A stretch of DNA of 64,000 nucleotides from a virus, in the IMG/VR virus record IMGVR_UViG_3300000756_000010, one strand, 5' to 3'. The number at the start of each line of letters is the position of its first letter. Position 1 is the first letter of the stretch. Below are positions 1-9,454 of the stretch, one piece after another. Both the position numbers and the translations under genes were made by a program. The notes under the pieces were generated by a model that saw only the letters and a list, made by a program, of their open reading frames with translations, was not told where the DNA came from and searched no databases.

Positions 1-1383
1 TTCGACCGCATGGAGACGACGCGCAAGATGCGCTGGCTGGAACTCAACGCCGGTCTGATCAGGCAAGTGTTGTCCGACATGGCGTTGTATACCGTAGGCG
101 GCGGCATCAAGGCACAGGCACAGTCTGGTGATGAAATGTGGGATGATGCCGCCGAGGCGTATTTCAAAAGGTGGGGTTCTCGTGCTTGCGATATCACGGG
201 CAGGTTTTCTTTTTTTGAGCTACAGCACATTTGCTGCCGTTTGATGGATCGGGATGGAGAAGTGTTTATCATCAAGACCCGTGGTCCAGGCGGCGAACCA
301 CGTCTTCAGATTATCGAGTCCCACAGGGTTGGAAATTCTTCTAGCAACGAAGTACCGCCTGGAATGGTAGACGGCATCCTTTTTGGTCCTTATGGTCAGC
401 CGATTTCTTACAACGTGATTCGTTCGGATGGTTCTAGCCGACTAGTGCCGGCAAACGCCGTGCTTCACTTGTACGAACCCGAACTTGCCTCTGGAGCGCG
501 GGCGTATAGCCCCCTCCAGCACTCCATCAATAACTTGGTGGATATGCTGGAGATTCTTTCGTTAGAGAAATTGGCCGTCAAGACCACGTCTGACATCACG
601 CGCACGATTACCCGTGAGAATCCCAATTTCGATGGGACGCAATCTGACTTTGAAGCATTCGGTATGCGTCCGCAGGATTACGGCGACGGTATGACCGATC
701 CGAGCGAGGCTTCAACCTTCCTCGGTGGCAAGGTGCTGGCGTTGGCACCAGGCGAAAAACTGGAGTCCTTTGAGTCCAATCGTCCGAACAAAACCTTCGA
801 CGGATTTATCGAACATCTTGAGCGCGACTCGCTGGCGGGGATGCTTCCGTACGAATTTACAGCCAATCCCACCAAGGCCGGCGGAGCTGTTATGCGCTTC
901 GTGGTCGCTAAGGCAGATCGCAAGTTCACGCACCGTCAAGCGGTCATGGTGCAGCGTTTCCTTACCCCCGTCTGGGGATATGTTATTGGTTGTGCAATTA
1001 AGGAAGGATATCTTCCTCCCAGCGAGTATTGGACAAATGTTTCTTGGACCACCCCAAGGCGCGTGACCGTCGATGCCGGACGTGACGCTCAACAGAATCG
1101 CCAAGACATTGAGTCTGGCCTAAAGACTCTCACAGAAAATTATCTGGAAGAGGGTCTTGATCCAAAAGAAAAGATGCGCGAGAACGCCGCCGAAAAACGG
1201 TATCTGCTCGACCTTGCCAAGGAGTTCGATGTTCCGCTGTCGATGCTCTACAAGCCCCAGAATGTGGCACCTTCTGACATCAACGCCTCGGTATCTAACA
1301 GCGATCCAGATAAAATGGACGATGGTGCCAAGATAGTCGATGACGATGTAGACCCGGACGACGAAGAAACCTCTAACAAATAA
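1..1383 (+). CDS. Portal protein, lambda gpB family (5'-truncated at window edge; full copy 36343-37935)
   Basis: In frame from base 1; lambda-portal-like segments (R..E.N.G, LAPGEKLE, W..P....VD..RD); lies between gpW-like and S49 genes. Confidence 0.9.
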   Translation, partial: FDRMETTRKMRWLELNAGLIRQVLSDMALYTVGGGIKAQAQSGDEMWDDAAEAYFKRWGSRACDITGRFSFFELQHICCRLMDRDGEVFIIKTRGPGGEPRLQIIESHRVGNSSSNEVPPGMVDGILFGPYGQPISYNVIRSDGSSRLVPANAVLHLYEPELASGARAYSPLQHSINNLVDMLEILSLEKLAVKTTSDITRTITRENPNFDGTQSDFEAFGMRPQDYGDGMTDPSEASTFLGGKVLALAPGEKLESFESNRPNKTFDGFIEHLERDSLAGMLPYEFTANPTKAGGAVMRFVVAKADRKFTHRQAVMVQRFLTPVWGYVIGCAIKEGYLPPSEYWTNVSWTTPRRVTVDAGRDAQQNRQDIESGLKTLTENYLEEGLDPKEKMRENAAEKRYLLDLAKEFDVPLSMLYKPQNVAPSDINASVSNSDPDKMDDGAKIVDDDVDPDDEETSNK

Positions 1384-1386
1384 ACG

Positions 1387-2457
1387 ATGTATTCCCTTTC
1401 TAACGCATTTAAGACATTCGCGCCGATGCTCATTGAGCCGGCGAAGGCTAAAGCTTATCTTGAAAAGGTTGCCAGTTTGTCCCCCACCGACTTAAAGGCC
1501 GGAGACGAAATTGAAGACATGATGGAGATGCTCTTTGGTCCGAAGCCGATTATGATCAAGTCGGGCGACCTTGCCATTATCCCCGTCAAGGGCGTGATTG
1601 GCTCTGGTCTCACCGAGCTGGAAAAAATGATGGGTGCCACGGACGTCGAAGATATTCAGGAGATGCTGGAAGACGCCGAGCGTGACACGGGCGTCGAGAC
1701 CATTATCTTCGACTTTGATACGCCTGGTGGCACCGTGACGGGCGTCCCAGAGATGGCTGCTCGCATCCGTGCTTGTAAGAAGCGTACGGTCGGCTGGACG
1801 TGCAAGCAGTCCTGCTCCGCTGGTATGTGGATGATGAGCCAATGTGATGAGGTTTATGTCAGCCCATCGTCCGTTGTTGGTTCTGTCGGAGTCTATATTC
1901 CTATCTACGACATGAAAGCGGCCTATGCCGAAGAAGGCATCACCGTCGACCTAATCAAGGCAGGATGGGCGAAGGGCGCAGGATACACGGGTACGTCGAT
2001 GACCACCGAGCAGCGTAAACTTTTCCAAGATGACGTCGACGAAATGCACAACTGGTTCATTTCTGATATTCAGGCAGTTCGTACTTATGCCGACCAGGCC
2101 GATATGCAGGGGCAATGCTGGTCTGGCAAGAAGGGGGCTGAAAAGAGCCTTGTCTCTGGTCTGATGAACACTTTTGACGACCTGCTCATGGCCATCGACC
2201 CTGAAGAATACGCCATTTACGAACGTGCTGAGAAGCAGGTTCCGAGCGGTGGCCCTGCAAACCACGCCCAAATTGCTGACGTGTCGCCGGAACAGGGCGA
2301 AAAGAAAGATGATGGCGTCGAGCCTGTTTCTGACGGTAAAAAGAAGAAAAAGAAAAAGAAATCCGACGGAACTGATTCTGACGAGGACGAGGACGACAAC
2401 GAAATGCCCGATCAAGAATGCCCCCCCGTGGATACTGACTGCAAGCCCAAGGCTTGA
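1387..2457 (+). CDS. Head maturation protease, S49/SppA (lambda gpC-like)
   Basis: FDFDTPGGTV, CSAGMWMMSQCDEV and GSVGVY motifs of S49 peptidases; follows portal. Confidence 0.9.
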   Translation: MYSLSNAFKTFAPMLIEPAKAKAYLEKVASLSPTDLKAGDEIEDMMEMLFGPKPIMIKSGDLAIIPVKGVIGSGLTELEKMMGATDVEDIQEMLEDAERDTGVETIIFDFDTPGGTVTGVPEMAARIRACKKRTVGWTCKQSCSAGMWMMSQCDEVYVSPSSVVGSVGVYIPIYDMKAAYAEEGITVDLIKAGWAKGAGYTGTSMTTEQRKLFQDDVDEMHNWFISDIQAVRTYADQADMQGQCWSGKKGAEKSLVSGLMNTFDDLLMAIDPEEYAIYERAEKQVPSGGPANHAQIADVSPEQGEKKDDGVEPVSDGKKKKKKKKSDGTDSDEDEDDNEMPDQECPPVDTDCKPKA

Positions 2458-2473
2458 CACTTGGCTAAATTCA
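2454..2473 (+). promoter_or_regulatory. Late-gene motif TTGACA-N3-GGCTAAA-N2-CA, copy 1 (upstream of scaffold)
   Basis: ttgacacttggctaaattca; one of five copies, all directly 5' of structural genes. Confidence 0.75.
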
Positions 2474-2475
2474 AG

Positions 2476-2937
2476 ATGACGCTCGAAGAACGCCTCAATT
2501 CCCTAAAAGAAGCCTTTACTGGTAAGACCGCAGAGGTTGAAGCCAAGGCCGGTGAAGTCGCCTCCTTGTCCGCCAAGGTCGAGGAAATGACCGTTGCAAT
2601 GTCTGCTAAAGACGTGCAAATCGCTGAGTTCACCGCCAAGGTTACTGAACTTTCTGAAAAGCTCGCCGCCGCTGAAGATATCCGCGCCAAGGCTGAAGCC
2701 CAGGCAAAGGAAATTTCCGCCTCGCAAGAGACCGCTGGCAAGAAGGCCGCTAACATCGCTGCCTCAGTCGGTGTCACCCCCATTGAAGTCACCCCCTCCG
2801 AGGTCGCCGCTACTTTAAAGAGCGACGCCGAGATCTCCGAGGAGTGGGTGGCTCTCAAGCAGACCGACCCCAAGGCTGCTCACGATTTCTACAGCAAGAA
2901 CCGTCCGGCCATCCTTCGCGCCGCTGGTCTTCGCTGA
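2476..2937 (+). CDS. Capsid scaffolding-like coiled-coil protein
   Basis: Ala/Glu/Lys-rich helical sequence between protease and capsid; ATG 2476 preferred over TTG 2461, which lies inside the upstream motif. Confidence 0.65.
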   Translation: MTLEERLNSLKEAFTGKTAEVEAKAGEVASLSAKVEEMTVAMSAKDVQIAEFTAKVTELSEKLAAAEDIRAKAEAQAKEISASQETAGKKAANIAASVGVTPIEVTPSEVAATLKSDAEISEEWVALKQTDPKAAHDFYSKNRPAILRAAGLR

Positions 2938-2967
2938 TTTCACTCTCCCCTAAACTAAATACCAACT

Positions 2968-3882
2968 ATGTCTAACAACATTGGCGGATTGACCCTCCAG
3001 CTCGTCGCTGAAGAGTCCCTTCGCACCCTCGTCCCTGAACTCGTTCCCCTGACGGAAATTGCCGTCACCGATTTCGGTAACTACGTCGCCGAGCGCGGCA
3101 CCACGGTTCATACCCGTTATGCTGACGCCTTCACCGCCACGACCTTCAACCCGGCCAACGGTTTCGTCCCTGCCGACGCTACCTCGACCGACGTCCCTGT
3201 GACGATTGCCGATCTGAAGTATGTCGATGTCGCCTTCACCGACTACGAAGCGTCCACCCTTAGCCTGGAACGCCTCCGCCGCTTGTTCTTCGCCCCGATT
3301 GCCAACGCCGTTCAGAAGTCCCTCTTCGACGACGTCCTTTCCAAGGTGACCACGGCGAACTTCGCCACCGCTGCCTACTCCGGCGCGACCAGCGGTTTCA
3401 ACCGCATCGCCGTCGCCAACGCCGCCAAGAACATGACCAAGGCGAACCTGCCTCACATCAACCGTAAGCTCCTGCTTTCGCCCGATGCCCTTGGCCAACT
3501 CGTCCAAGACCCGTCCGTCGCACAGACGTTCTCCTACGGTAACAGCGATGTGATCCAGAAGAACGCCATCAGCAAGGAACTGCACGGTTTCTCGGTTTCC
3601 GAATACAACGGCTTCCCGACCTCCGGCTCTCCCTTCACCGAAGGACTCAACGGCGTGGCCTCCTGCAAGGAAGGTCTCGTCATCGTGACCCGTGTTCCTG
3701 CCACCCCGACCACCGGCGGTGGGGAGCAGATCGTCGTCCAAGACCCGGACAGCAAGTTCGCCTTCGCTCTCCGCTACTGGTACAACTGGCAAGCCGGCAA
3801 GCACAATATGTCTGCCCTCTGGCTCGTCGGTTCGGCTGTCGGTAATCCGAACGCCCTCCAGCGTATCGCCTTCACCTCGTAA
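2968..3882 (+). CDS. Major capsid protein (HK97 fold, P22-coat-like)
   Basis: 304 aa after scaffold; G.TV motif near the N-terminus; strongly C-ending codon bias suggesting high expression; followed by a terminator. Confidence 0.85.
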   Translation: MSNNIGGLTLQLVAEESLRTLVPELVPLTEIAVTDFGNYVAERGTTVHTRYADAFTATTFNPANGFVPADATSTDVPVTIADLKYVDVAFTDYEASTLSLERLRRLFFAPIANAVQKSLFDDVLSKVTTANFATAAYSGATSGFNRIAVANAAKNMTKANLPHINRKLLLSPDALGQLVQDPSVAQTFSYGNSDVIQKNAISKELHGFSVSEYNGFPTSGSPFTEGLNGVASCKEGLVIVTRVPATPTTGGGEQIVVQDPDSKFAFALRYWYNWQAGKHNMSALWLVGSAVGNPNALQRIAFTS

Positions 3883-3934
3883 TCAACCGAGGTAACTTTC
3901 GGGGGAGTTTAAAATCCCCCAAAGCGACAATGCG

Positions 3935-3975
3935 AAGCCCTCTCCCCGCGCCACGGGGGGAGGGTTTCTTATTTT
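3935..3975 (+). terminator. Intrinsic terminator after capsid gene
   Basis: aagccctctcccc-gcgccac-ggggggagggttt followed by cttatttt. Confidence 0.75.
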
Positions 3976-3993
3976 GACAATGGGCTAAACCCA
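3974..3993 (+). promoter_or_regulatory. Late-gene motif copy 2
   Basis: ttgacaatgggctaaaccca; the final A is the A of the ATG at 3993. Confidence 0.75.
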
Positions 3994-4331
3994 TGTCGGG
4001 AATCACGGACGAATGGGCTTTAGACGCCTCGGAAATCCTTTCCGAGATACCTAAGGCTGTGACGGTTAAAAACGTCCCAGCGGGGACGCCAGTAGCCTTA
4101 AACGCCCTAATGTCACAGCCGGCCATCATGCAGGACATGGAAACCGGGGGCTTTATGAATCAGACGTCGTTCGACATAAAGTTCCTGCGGACAGACGCTG
4201 TCGCTAATCCGGGGCTGATTGCCTTTGGGAATGTGGTGGTCTATGGGGGTCAGGAGTTTCGTATTATGACGGTTACCGACCGTCTTCCTTCCGCCTGGGT
4301 CATCGTCAAAGTCCAGACCAAGGTTCAGTAA
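3993..4331 (+). CDS. Head-tail joining / head closure protein (gpFII-like)
   Basis: 112 aa, beta-rich, directly after capsid; called on position and size. Confidence 0.55.
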   Translation: MSGITDEWALDASEILSEIPKAVTVKNVPAGTPVALNALMSQPAIMQDMETGGFMNQTSFDIKFLRTDAVANPGLIAFGNVVVYGGQEFRIMTVTDRLPSAWVIVKVQTKVQ

Positions 4332-5296
4332 TGGCCTTAGTGGTCACAGTCCGAAAGGGCGTCAAGGTGGACTATACTGAGTTCGCCAAGCATATTGCTT
4401 TGTACATGATGGTCATGCGTAAAAGCATTACGGAAGTCGTAAAGCAGCAAGCGCGGCTGTTCGCCAAGGATATGTGCGACTTTACCCCTCCGTTTTCTGG
4501 ATCAGTTCCGACAATTAGCAAGGGTGGCGAGGGAGGCTTTGGAAGCAAAGCTCGCAACAAAGGACGAGCCGCTGTCAGCCGGGATGTCCGCAAGATTTTC
4601 GCCCCCATCGCTCAAGCCCCCGCCGCAGGGGTGGCCGCTGCCGGCAACATTGGGATTCTGAATGCATGGATGAATGCCAAACTCAAACTGCCAGCTCCCC
4701 ACCAGCCCGAATACATTTTTAAGATGGTTGCCGAACGGGGCATCATTGGCCAAGGCGAGTTTGACTACTTTAAGAGGATTGAAGCTCGGCAGGGTTCACC
4801 CCGCACCCGTTTTATCATGGGTACGACTCAAGGCTCCATCAAGTCCATCCACGAACAGCGGCGCGGCAAACCGTCCTACAGGGTTTATGAAACTTCTAAA
4901 AGCGAGAAAGTGTATGTTGATAATTGGAGTCCCGTTGAACGATACATTAAGCAAGTCCAACAGCGCGTAGGAAAACTGAAGTCTGGCTGGTACTATGCTG
5001 GCCAGCAACTCGGCAAGATGCCCACTTCCGCCTGGATTGCCAATCAGGGGTCAGGCACAATGGTCTATTCTCCTCGACTTACCGGCCCCGATCCAATCGT
5101 TAAACTAGGCTCCACCATAGGCCGCAACTACAGCCAAGGCTACCACTTCATGCGGATGGCTATGAACCACCGTGCCTTTGCGATGAGAGTGGCCATGCTC
5201 AAGCATTTGCAAGCCCCGCGCAACCACGGCAAACTTGTCGATGTCATCCGCCGGCTCCAAGGCGGTTTCGACCTATCCCTTACCAATACACCCTAA
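4331..5296 (+). CDS. Neck / virion morphogenesis protein (basic, HK97 gp10-like position)
   Basis: 321-aa basic protein between head closure and tail terminator genes; TAATG-coupled. Confidence 0.45.
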   Translation: MALVVTVRKGVKVDYTEFAKHIALYMMVMRKSITEVVKQQARLFAKDMCDFTPPFSGSVPTISKGGEGGFGSKARNKGRAAVSRDVRKIFAPIAQAPAAGVAAAGNIGILNAWMNAKLKLPAPHQPEYIFKMVAERGIIGQGEFDYFKRIEARQGSPRTRFIMGTTQGSIKSIHEQRRGKPSYRVYETSKSEKVYVDNWSPVERYIKQVQQRVGKLKSGWYYAGQQLGKMPTSAWIANQGSGTMVYSPRLTGPDPIVKLGSTIGRNYSQGYHFMRMAMNHRAFAMRVAMLKHLQAPRNHGKLVDVIRRLQGGFDLSLTNTP

Positions 5297-5739
5297 TGCC
5301 CCCCCCTACCTTCTTCAGTTTCCGCACCGTCCTTGAGAACAAGGTGGCTGCTTACCTTGCACCGCTGTTCCCAGGCGTCACCGTCAATAAGGGCGTGACC
5401 GACGAGATTCGGGTCATCCCAATTATCATTGCTCATGCCGAGTCCAGCCAAGCCGTCCCTGACCTTGGTTCAGAAACCCTTGGCAATTACACGGCTACCC
5501 TTAAACTGTACATCTACTCGTCCGCCGACGACGAGACCCTTGAAGCCCATCGGGCAAGGGTCGTTGAGGTCATCGGTGCTATGCGCGATGTGCCATCTCT
5601 CCAAGCCCTTTGGAATCCGCTTACCGATGGCCAGCTTTACGATCTTTGGATTGCTAACGACGAGGAAGGCATGAGCCAACGCCGGTATGGTAACGTCATC
5701 GAATATACCGTTTGGGGGGTCATGCCGACCGCTCCTTGA
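5296..5739 (+). CDS. Tail terminator / tail completion protein
   Basis: 147 aa immediately before the tail tube gene; called on synteny. Confidence 0.5.
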   Translation: MPPPTFFSFRTVLENKVAAYLAPLFPGVTVNKGVTDEIRVIPIIIAHAESSQAVPDLGSETLGNYTATLKLYIYSSADDETLEAHRARVVEVIGAMRDVPSLQALWNPLTDGQLYDLWIANDEEGMSQRRYGNVIEYTVWGVMPTAP

Positions 5740-5755
5740 CACTTGGCTAAACTCA
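5736..5755 (+). promoter_or_regulatory. Late-gene motif copy 3
   Basis: ttgacacttggctaaactca upstream of tail tube ATG 5763. Confidence 0.75.
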
Positions 5756-5762
5756 TACGACT

Positions 5763-6092
5763 ATGGCAATTGATTACGGCGTAGCACATTTTTACGGTCT
5801 TTATGGTACGGTCACCTACATGACCCTTCAGTCTGACTCCCTGTCCCAGACGTTCAAGCTCGACGTTGAAGTCCCAGATGAGGTCGGCAGGGTTATCACG
5901 GATCGCCTGGACGATATGTTCCAAGAACTGAGTATCGAAGGCGTCCTCAAGGATGGCACGACCCCAGAAATCGGAACCCGGTTTGTTTATCTTGGTATCA
6001 ATTGGATTATCAAGTCTCTTGAAGACAAGGGTACGAACAAGGATTTCCGTAAGTGCGCCATCAAGGCCGTTAAGTACTCGCAAATCGCCTAA
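5763..6092 (+). CDS. Putative major tail (tube) protein
   Basis: 109 aa, beta-rich, own upstream motif, precedes chaperone and tape measure genes. Confidence 0.55.
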   Translation: MAIDYGVAHFYGLYGTVTYMTLQSDSLSQTFKLDVEVPDEVGRVITDRLDDMFQELSIEGVLKDGTTPEIGTRFVYLGINWIIKSLEDKGTNKDFRKCAIKAVKYSQIA

Positions 6093-6106
6093 CAGGGCGG
6101 CATCCG

Positions 6107-6703
6107 ATGGATGCTCGCTACCTGAAGGCAACGACAGTCCTGTCCCACCAGAACAAGGTGTGTGGCAGGACTCTTCGTGCTTTCTGTTTGCGGCATAGGG
6201 TGGCCTTGGAAGCCATCGGGTCTCCGTTCCTCGATCCGAGTAAGTCCAAGTTCGACCCGGTGCAGGTCGTTATGGCTGCGCGGATTCTATCAACCTATGA
6301 CAAGGAGGAGATGTCACGTCCTATCTCCATCATCGAAAAACTGTACATTGCCCGCATGGCAATGAGCAAAAAGTACTACTCGCGCTGCATTGGAACCATC
6401 CTTGGGTGCATCCAAGTGTCCCTTTCTTACCCCAAGTTCTGGGAAAAGGATGATAATAAAAAGGAAAACAAGAGGTTTGAATCCATCCCGTTCCCGCTGT
6501 CCTGCGTTTCTAGCCTATGCCGGAACGGCGTCGGCTTAGAGGAAGCCTGGACGATGCCGGAGGGCGAAGCAGTCTGGATGTCTGTTGCCAACGCTATTTA
6601 CAACGGTGCCAAGCTCGACGTGATATCCACAGAAGAGGAAAAAGAACTTGAGAAGTTTGATGAACGAATTGAGGCTTACAAGAAAGCCAACAACCATAAC
6701 TGA
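6107..6703 (+). CDS. Tail assembly chaperone (G/T-like single ORF)
   Basis: Between tail tube and tape measure; C-terminal EEAWTMP..AVW resembles gpT-type segments. Confidence 0.55.
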   Translation: MDARYLKATTVLSHQNKVCGRTLRAFCLRHRVALEAIGSPFLDPSKSKFDPVQVVMAARILSTYDKEEMSRPISIIEKLYIARMAMSKKYYSRCIGTILGCIQVSLSYPKFWEKDDNKKENKRFESIPFPLSCVSSLCRNGVGLEEAWTMPEGEAVWMSVANAIYNGAKLDVISTEEEKELEKFDERIEAYKKANNHN

Positions 6704-6708
6704 CGTAC

Positions 6709-7887
6709 ATGGCCGATTTATCAGTAACCATTGGACTAGATCAAAAGGAACTTGAGAAAGGTCTTTCTCAGGCAGGTAGGTCGATTGGTGGTATGGGCGG
6801 CAAGGGCGGTGCTGAAAACCCTTTCCAAGGTGCTGCCAACCAGCTCGGAACCGCGCAGGGTATTGGCAGTCTTATCGCCGGTCCTATCGGTGGTTTGATT
6901 GGTGGTTTCCTTGATGCGTTTGGAGGCATGATTGCGTCTGTAATGGCTAAGGTTAAGGAACTAGCCGATTACGCCCAGCAACTGCGTATTACATCCTTAA
7001 AGACCGGCCTGGGGATTGACCAAATTCGGCAACTTGAGGCTATTGGACAGGCTTTTGGCGTCAGCCTTCAAACTATGTCTGGGTCGGTCGTTGAGTTCAC
7101 GCGCCGCATGGGTGAAGCTCGGATCAAGGGCGGAGAGGTGACGAACCTTCTCGCAAAGATGGGCGTCGGTATGGATGAGATTGCCGACGGGAGTTTTGAC
7201 GCCACCAAAGCAATGAAGTCGTTGGCTGACTCTTACGCTGCCGGAACCGATGAAGCCACTCTGCTATACTACGGAACTAAATTGTTTGGCGACTCGTTCA
7301 AGGACTTGCTACCAATTATTAAGGCTGGGTCAAAAGCCATTGAAGACGCATCCCAAACTTACCTTGAAGCGAATTCCGATGCAACTGCATCCCTAGGAAG
7401 GTTTGGTCAGGATTTGGATAATATCGGACGAACAATCAAGAATTTCTTTATCAATCTGCTTGGAAGCGTTGTACAAATGATTGAAGAAATCCAGTTTCAA
7501 GCAGCCAATTTTTTCACCCTTGGTACATGGAATCCCTTTGAATCCCTTGAAGACGAGGTCTCCCGTAAACTAGAGAACGCACCTAAGTACATGACCGCCG
7601 AAGAAAGGGCTAAGTTTGTCCTTGAAGAAATTGACGACGACAAGAAAGAGGCTGCTAAAAAGGAAATTGAAAAGCAGCAAAAGGGTAATGGTAAAATCCT
7701 AACTCCCTTTGGACTATCCGAAGCCGGCGCGGCGTCCCAGCTCCAGCAAATGGGCGGTGGCGACGTCTTCGGGGCGGTGGCCTTCTCGCCCATTGAACGG
7801 ATTGCTACGGCCACCGAAGAGACAGCGTTAAACACTCGCCCAGGCTTAGTCCCTGCCCCACGTCCGTTGGACGATCTATCAAGATAA
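6709..7887 (+). CDS. Tape measure protein (short, 392 aa)
   Basis: MADLSVTIGLD start, Gly/Ala-rich amphipathic repeats (GSLIAGPIGGLIGG), helical body. Confidence 0.75.
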   Translation: MADLSVTIGLDQKELEKGLSQAGRSIGGMGGKGGAENPFQGAANQLGTAQGIGSLIAGPIGGLIGGFLDAFGGMIASVMAKVKELADYAQQLRITSLKTGLGIDQIRQLEAIGQAFGVSLQTMSGSVVEFTRRMGEARIKGGEVTNLLAKMGVGMDEIADGSFDATKAMKSLADSYAAGTDEATLLYYGTKLFGDSFKDLLPIIKAGSKAIEDASQTYLEANSDATASLGRFGQDLDNIGRTIKNFFINLLGSVVQMIEEIQFQAANFFTLGTWNPFESLEDEVSRKLENAPKYMTAEERAKFVLEEIDDDKKEAAKKEIEKQQKGNGKILTPFGLSEAGAASQLQQMGGGDVFGAVAFSPIERIATATEETALNTRPGLVPAPRPLDDLSR

Positions 7888-7889
7888 TT

Positions 7890-8861
7890 ATGTCACCCGC
7901 CTCTACTACACTAGTTCCTTACGGAAATAATCTCCTTACTCCTATACCCCAACCGGGTTGGCAGGTGGAGGCAGATGGCTTTGGTCTGTTACAGGCCCAA
8001 TGCAAATTTAAATGGGATTATTCAATGCGCGGATCGTTTCCGACCACGTTTAAAAAGGGCGACAAACTTTCCACGTTTATCTCTGGCGTTGAATCTGCTT
8101 ATGCAAATATGGGTCTTTGGAGGGCCAACATGACGACCGACAAAAACAATGTTTTGACGGTTACGGCTGACTTCTGCGGTATTGATCCGAGTGTAAATGG
8201 AGGAACAAAGACGAATACCCAAATGGTTATGACTGGTGCAACAGGGTCTGAGCCGATTGAACACCACCCCAATTTTCTCGTTCAAAATTTAGTAACAGGT
8301 TCTGGTGAGATGAAGGTTTTAGCCGGCTTCCCAAGTGCCAGCGGTTGGAATCCCTCTTTGACGCCTACAATCAATCCAAGCACGGGTGTCGGCGGTAACC
8401 CCAATCGTGCCTTGTGGACGCCAAGGGTTGCAAGCGGGGGTGCTACTCAAGGGCAGCAATTTGTCGGCTTCTTGCCCAATCAAGACCCGTCAGAATATCC
8501 AGGCAACATTAACATCAAGGCAGGAATCAAAAATTATTACAAGCCCTCCACAACGATGCGTTGTTTGTTCTATGTAAATGACGAGGTAAACGCCCTTGCT
8601 TTTGCATCTTATGTTGGCTGGACCACAAGCGGTGCAGTTTATCAAGTTCCTATTGCATACCAACAACTCGCCACCGGCGGATACGGAGGAAATCTAATTT
8701 ACACATCAGTCTGGCAAAACCAAATTCGGAGGGGTTTCTTAATTACAAGTTGTTCGGTAGAAGTATATGGTGGTATCTATAAGTTGACCGCCGATCTTAT
8801 GCTTTCCGGCATTGGTGGCTGGGATAAAGATATCTATCCAAACCTTGACGGACCAGCCTGA
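7890..8861 (+). CDS. Tail tip / distal tail protein
   Basis: 323 aa, Gly/Thr/Asn-rich, directly after tape measure. Confidence 0.5.
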   Translation: MSPASTTLVPYGNNLLTPIPQPGWQVEADGFGLLQAQCKFKWDYSMRGSFPTTFKKGDKLSTFISGVESAYANMGLWRANMTTDKNNVLTVTADFCGIDPSVNGGTKTNTQMVMTGATGSEPIEHHPNFLVQNLVTGSGEMKVLAGFPSASGWNPSLTPTINPSTGVGGNPNRALWTPRVASGGATQGQQFVGFLPNQDPSEYPGNINIKAGIKNYYKPSTTMRCLFYVNDEVNALAFASYVGWTTSGAVYQVPIAYQQLATGGYGGNLIYTSVWQNQIRRGFLITSCSVEVYGGIYKLTADLMLSGIGGWDKDIYPNLDGPA

Positions 8862-9454
8862 TGAGATCAATCGGAGGATTTAATGGTTCGTCAATTAGCG
8901 GTTCTTTTGCCGCTGGTGAGCCTATTTCGGCTACCGCGCTGAACAAACTTGCAGCCGGAATTGATGCAACACGGTCAATGCCTAGTAACGATGTTTTGTT
9001 TCAGTCTAACACGAACGGTACCGCATATAACTTACCGCAGCAGATTTATTATTCCCCCACTAGTGGCCCTCTTGATCCCAACTTGGACGACGATAAAGTA
9101 ATCATAACCCCAGGCACCGTCAACCGATACATCCCCAAGATTGGTTCAACATATATCGACAGCATCCCTGCACCTAAACTATCAATTAATAACGATGGAT
9201 ATGTTATGGTAAAGGTGACCTATGCGGTAAATAAATTTTTCCCGCGCACCGCAGAAATTGTATTTATGGCAGTTACGACTCCCCCGGCGGATACACTTGA
9301 TGAAAGTTATTGGCCGTTAGCCAAGGTGAACAAAAGCGTGACCAGCTCTGGGACTACTTATGCGCTGCAATACTTCTCTAATGGTAATCTGATTGTCAAT
9401 CGCTTGTTAGCCGGTCAAGGAGAGGCTACTTGGTGGTGGGACGTCATTAAATAA
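8861..9454 (+). CDS. Minor tail protein
   Basis: 197 aa, TGATG-coupled, within the tail-tip block. Confidence 0.45.
   Translation: MRSIGGFNGSSISGSFAAGEPISATALNKLAAGIDATRSMPSNDVLFQSNTNGTAYNLPQQIYYSPTSGPLDPNLDDDKVIITPGTVNRYIPKIGSTYIDSIPAPKLSINNDGYVMVKVTYAVNKFFPRTAEIVFMAVTTPPADTLDESYWPLAKVNKSVTSSGTTYALQYFSNGNLIVNRLLAGQGEATWWWDVIK

Noticed and set aside
2950-3804. 284-aa antisense ORF over the capsid gene, and similar long antisense or alternate-frame ORFs (12068-12898, 15638-16426, 16245-16943)
   Set aside because: Shadow ORFs produced by strong codon bias of the real gene; no motifs and no start context.
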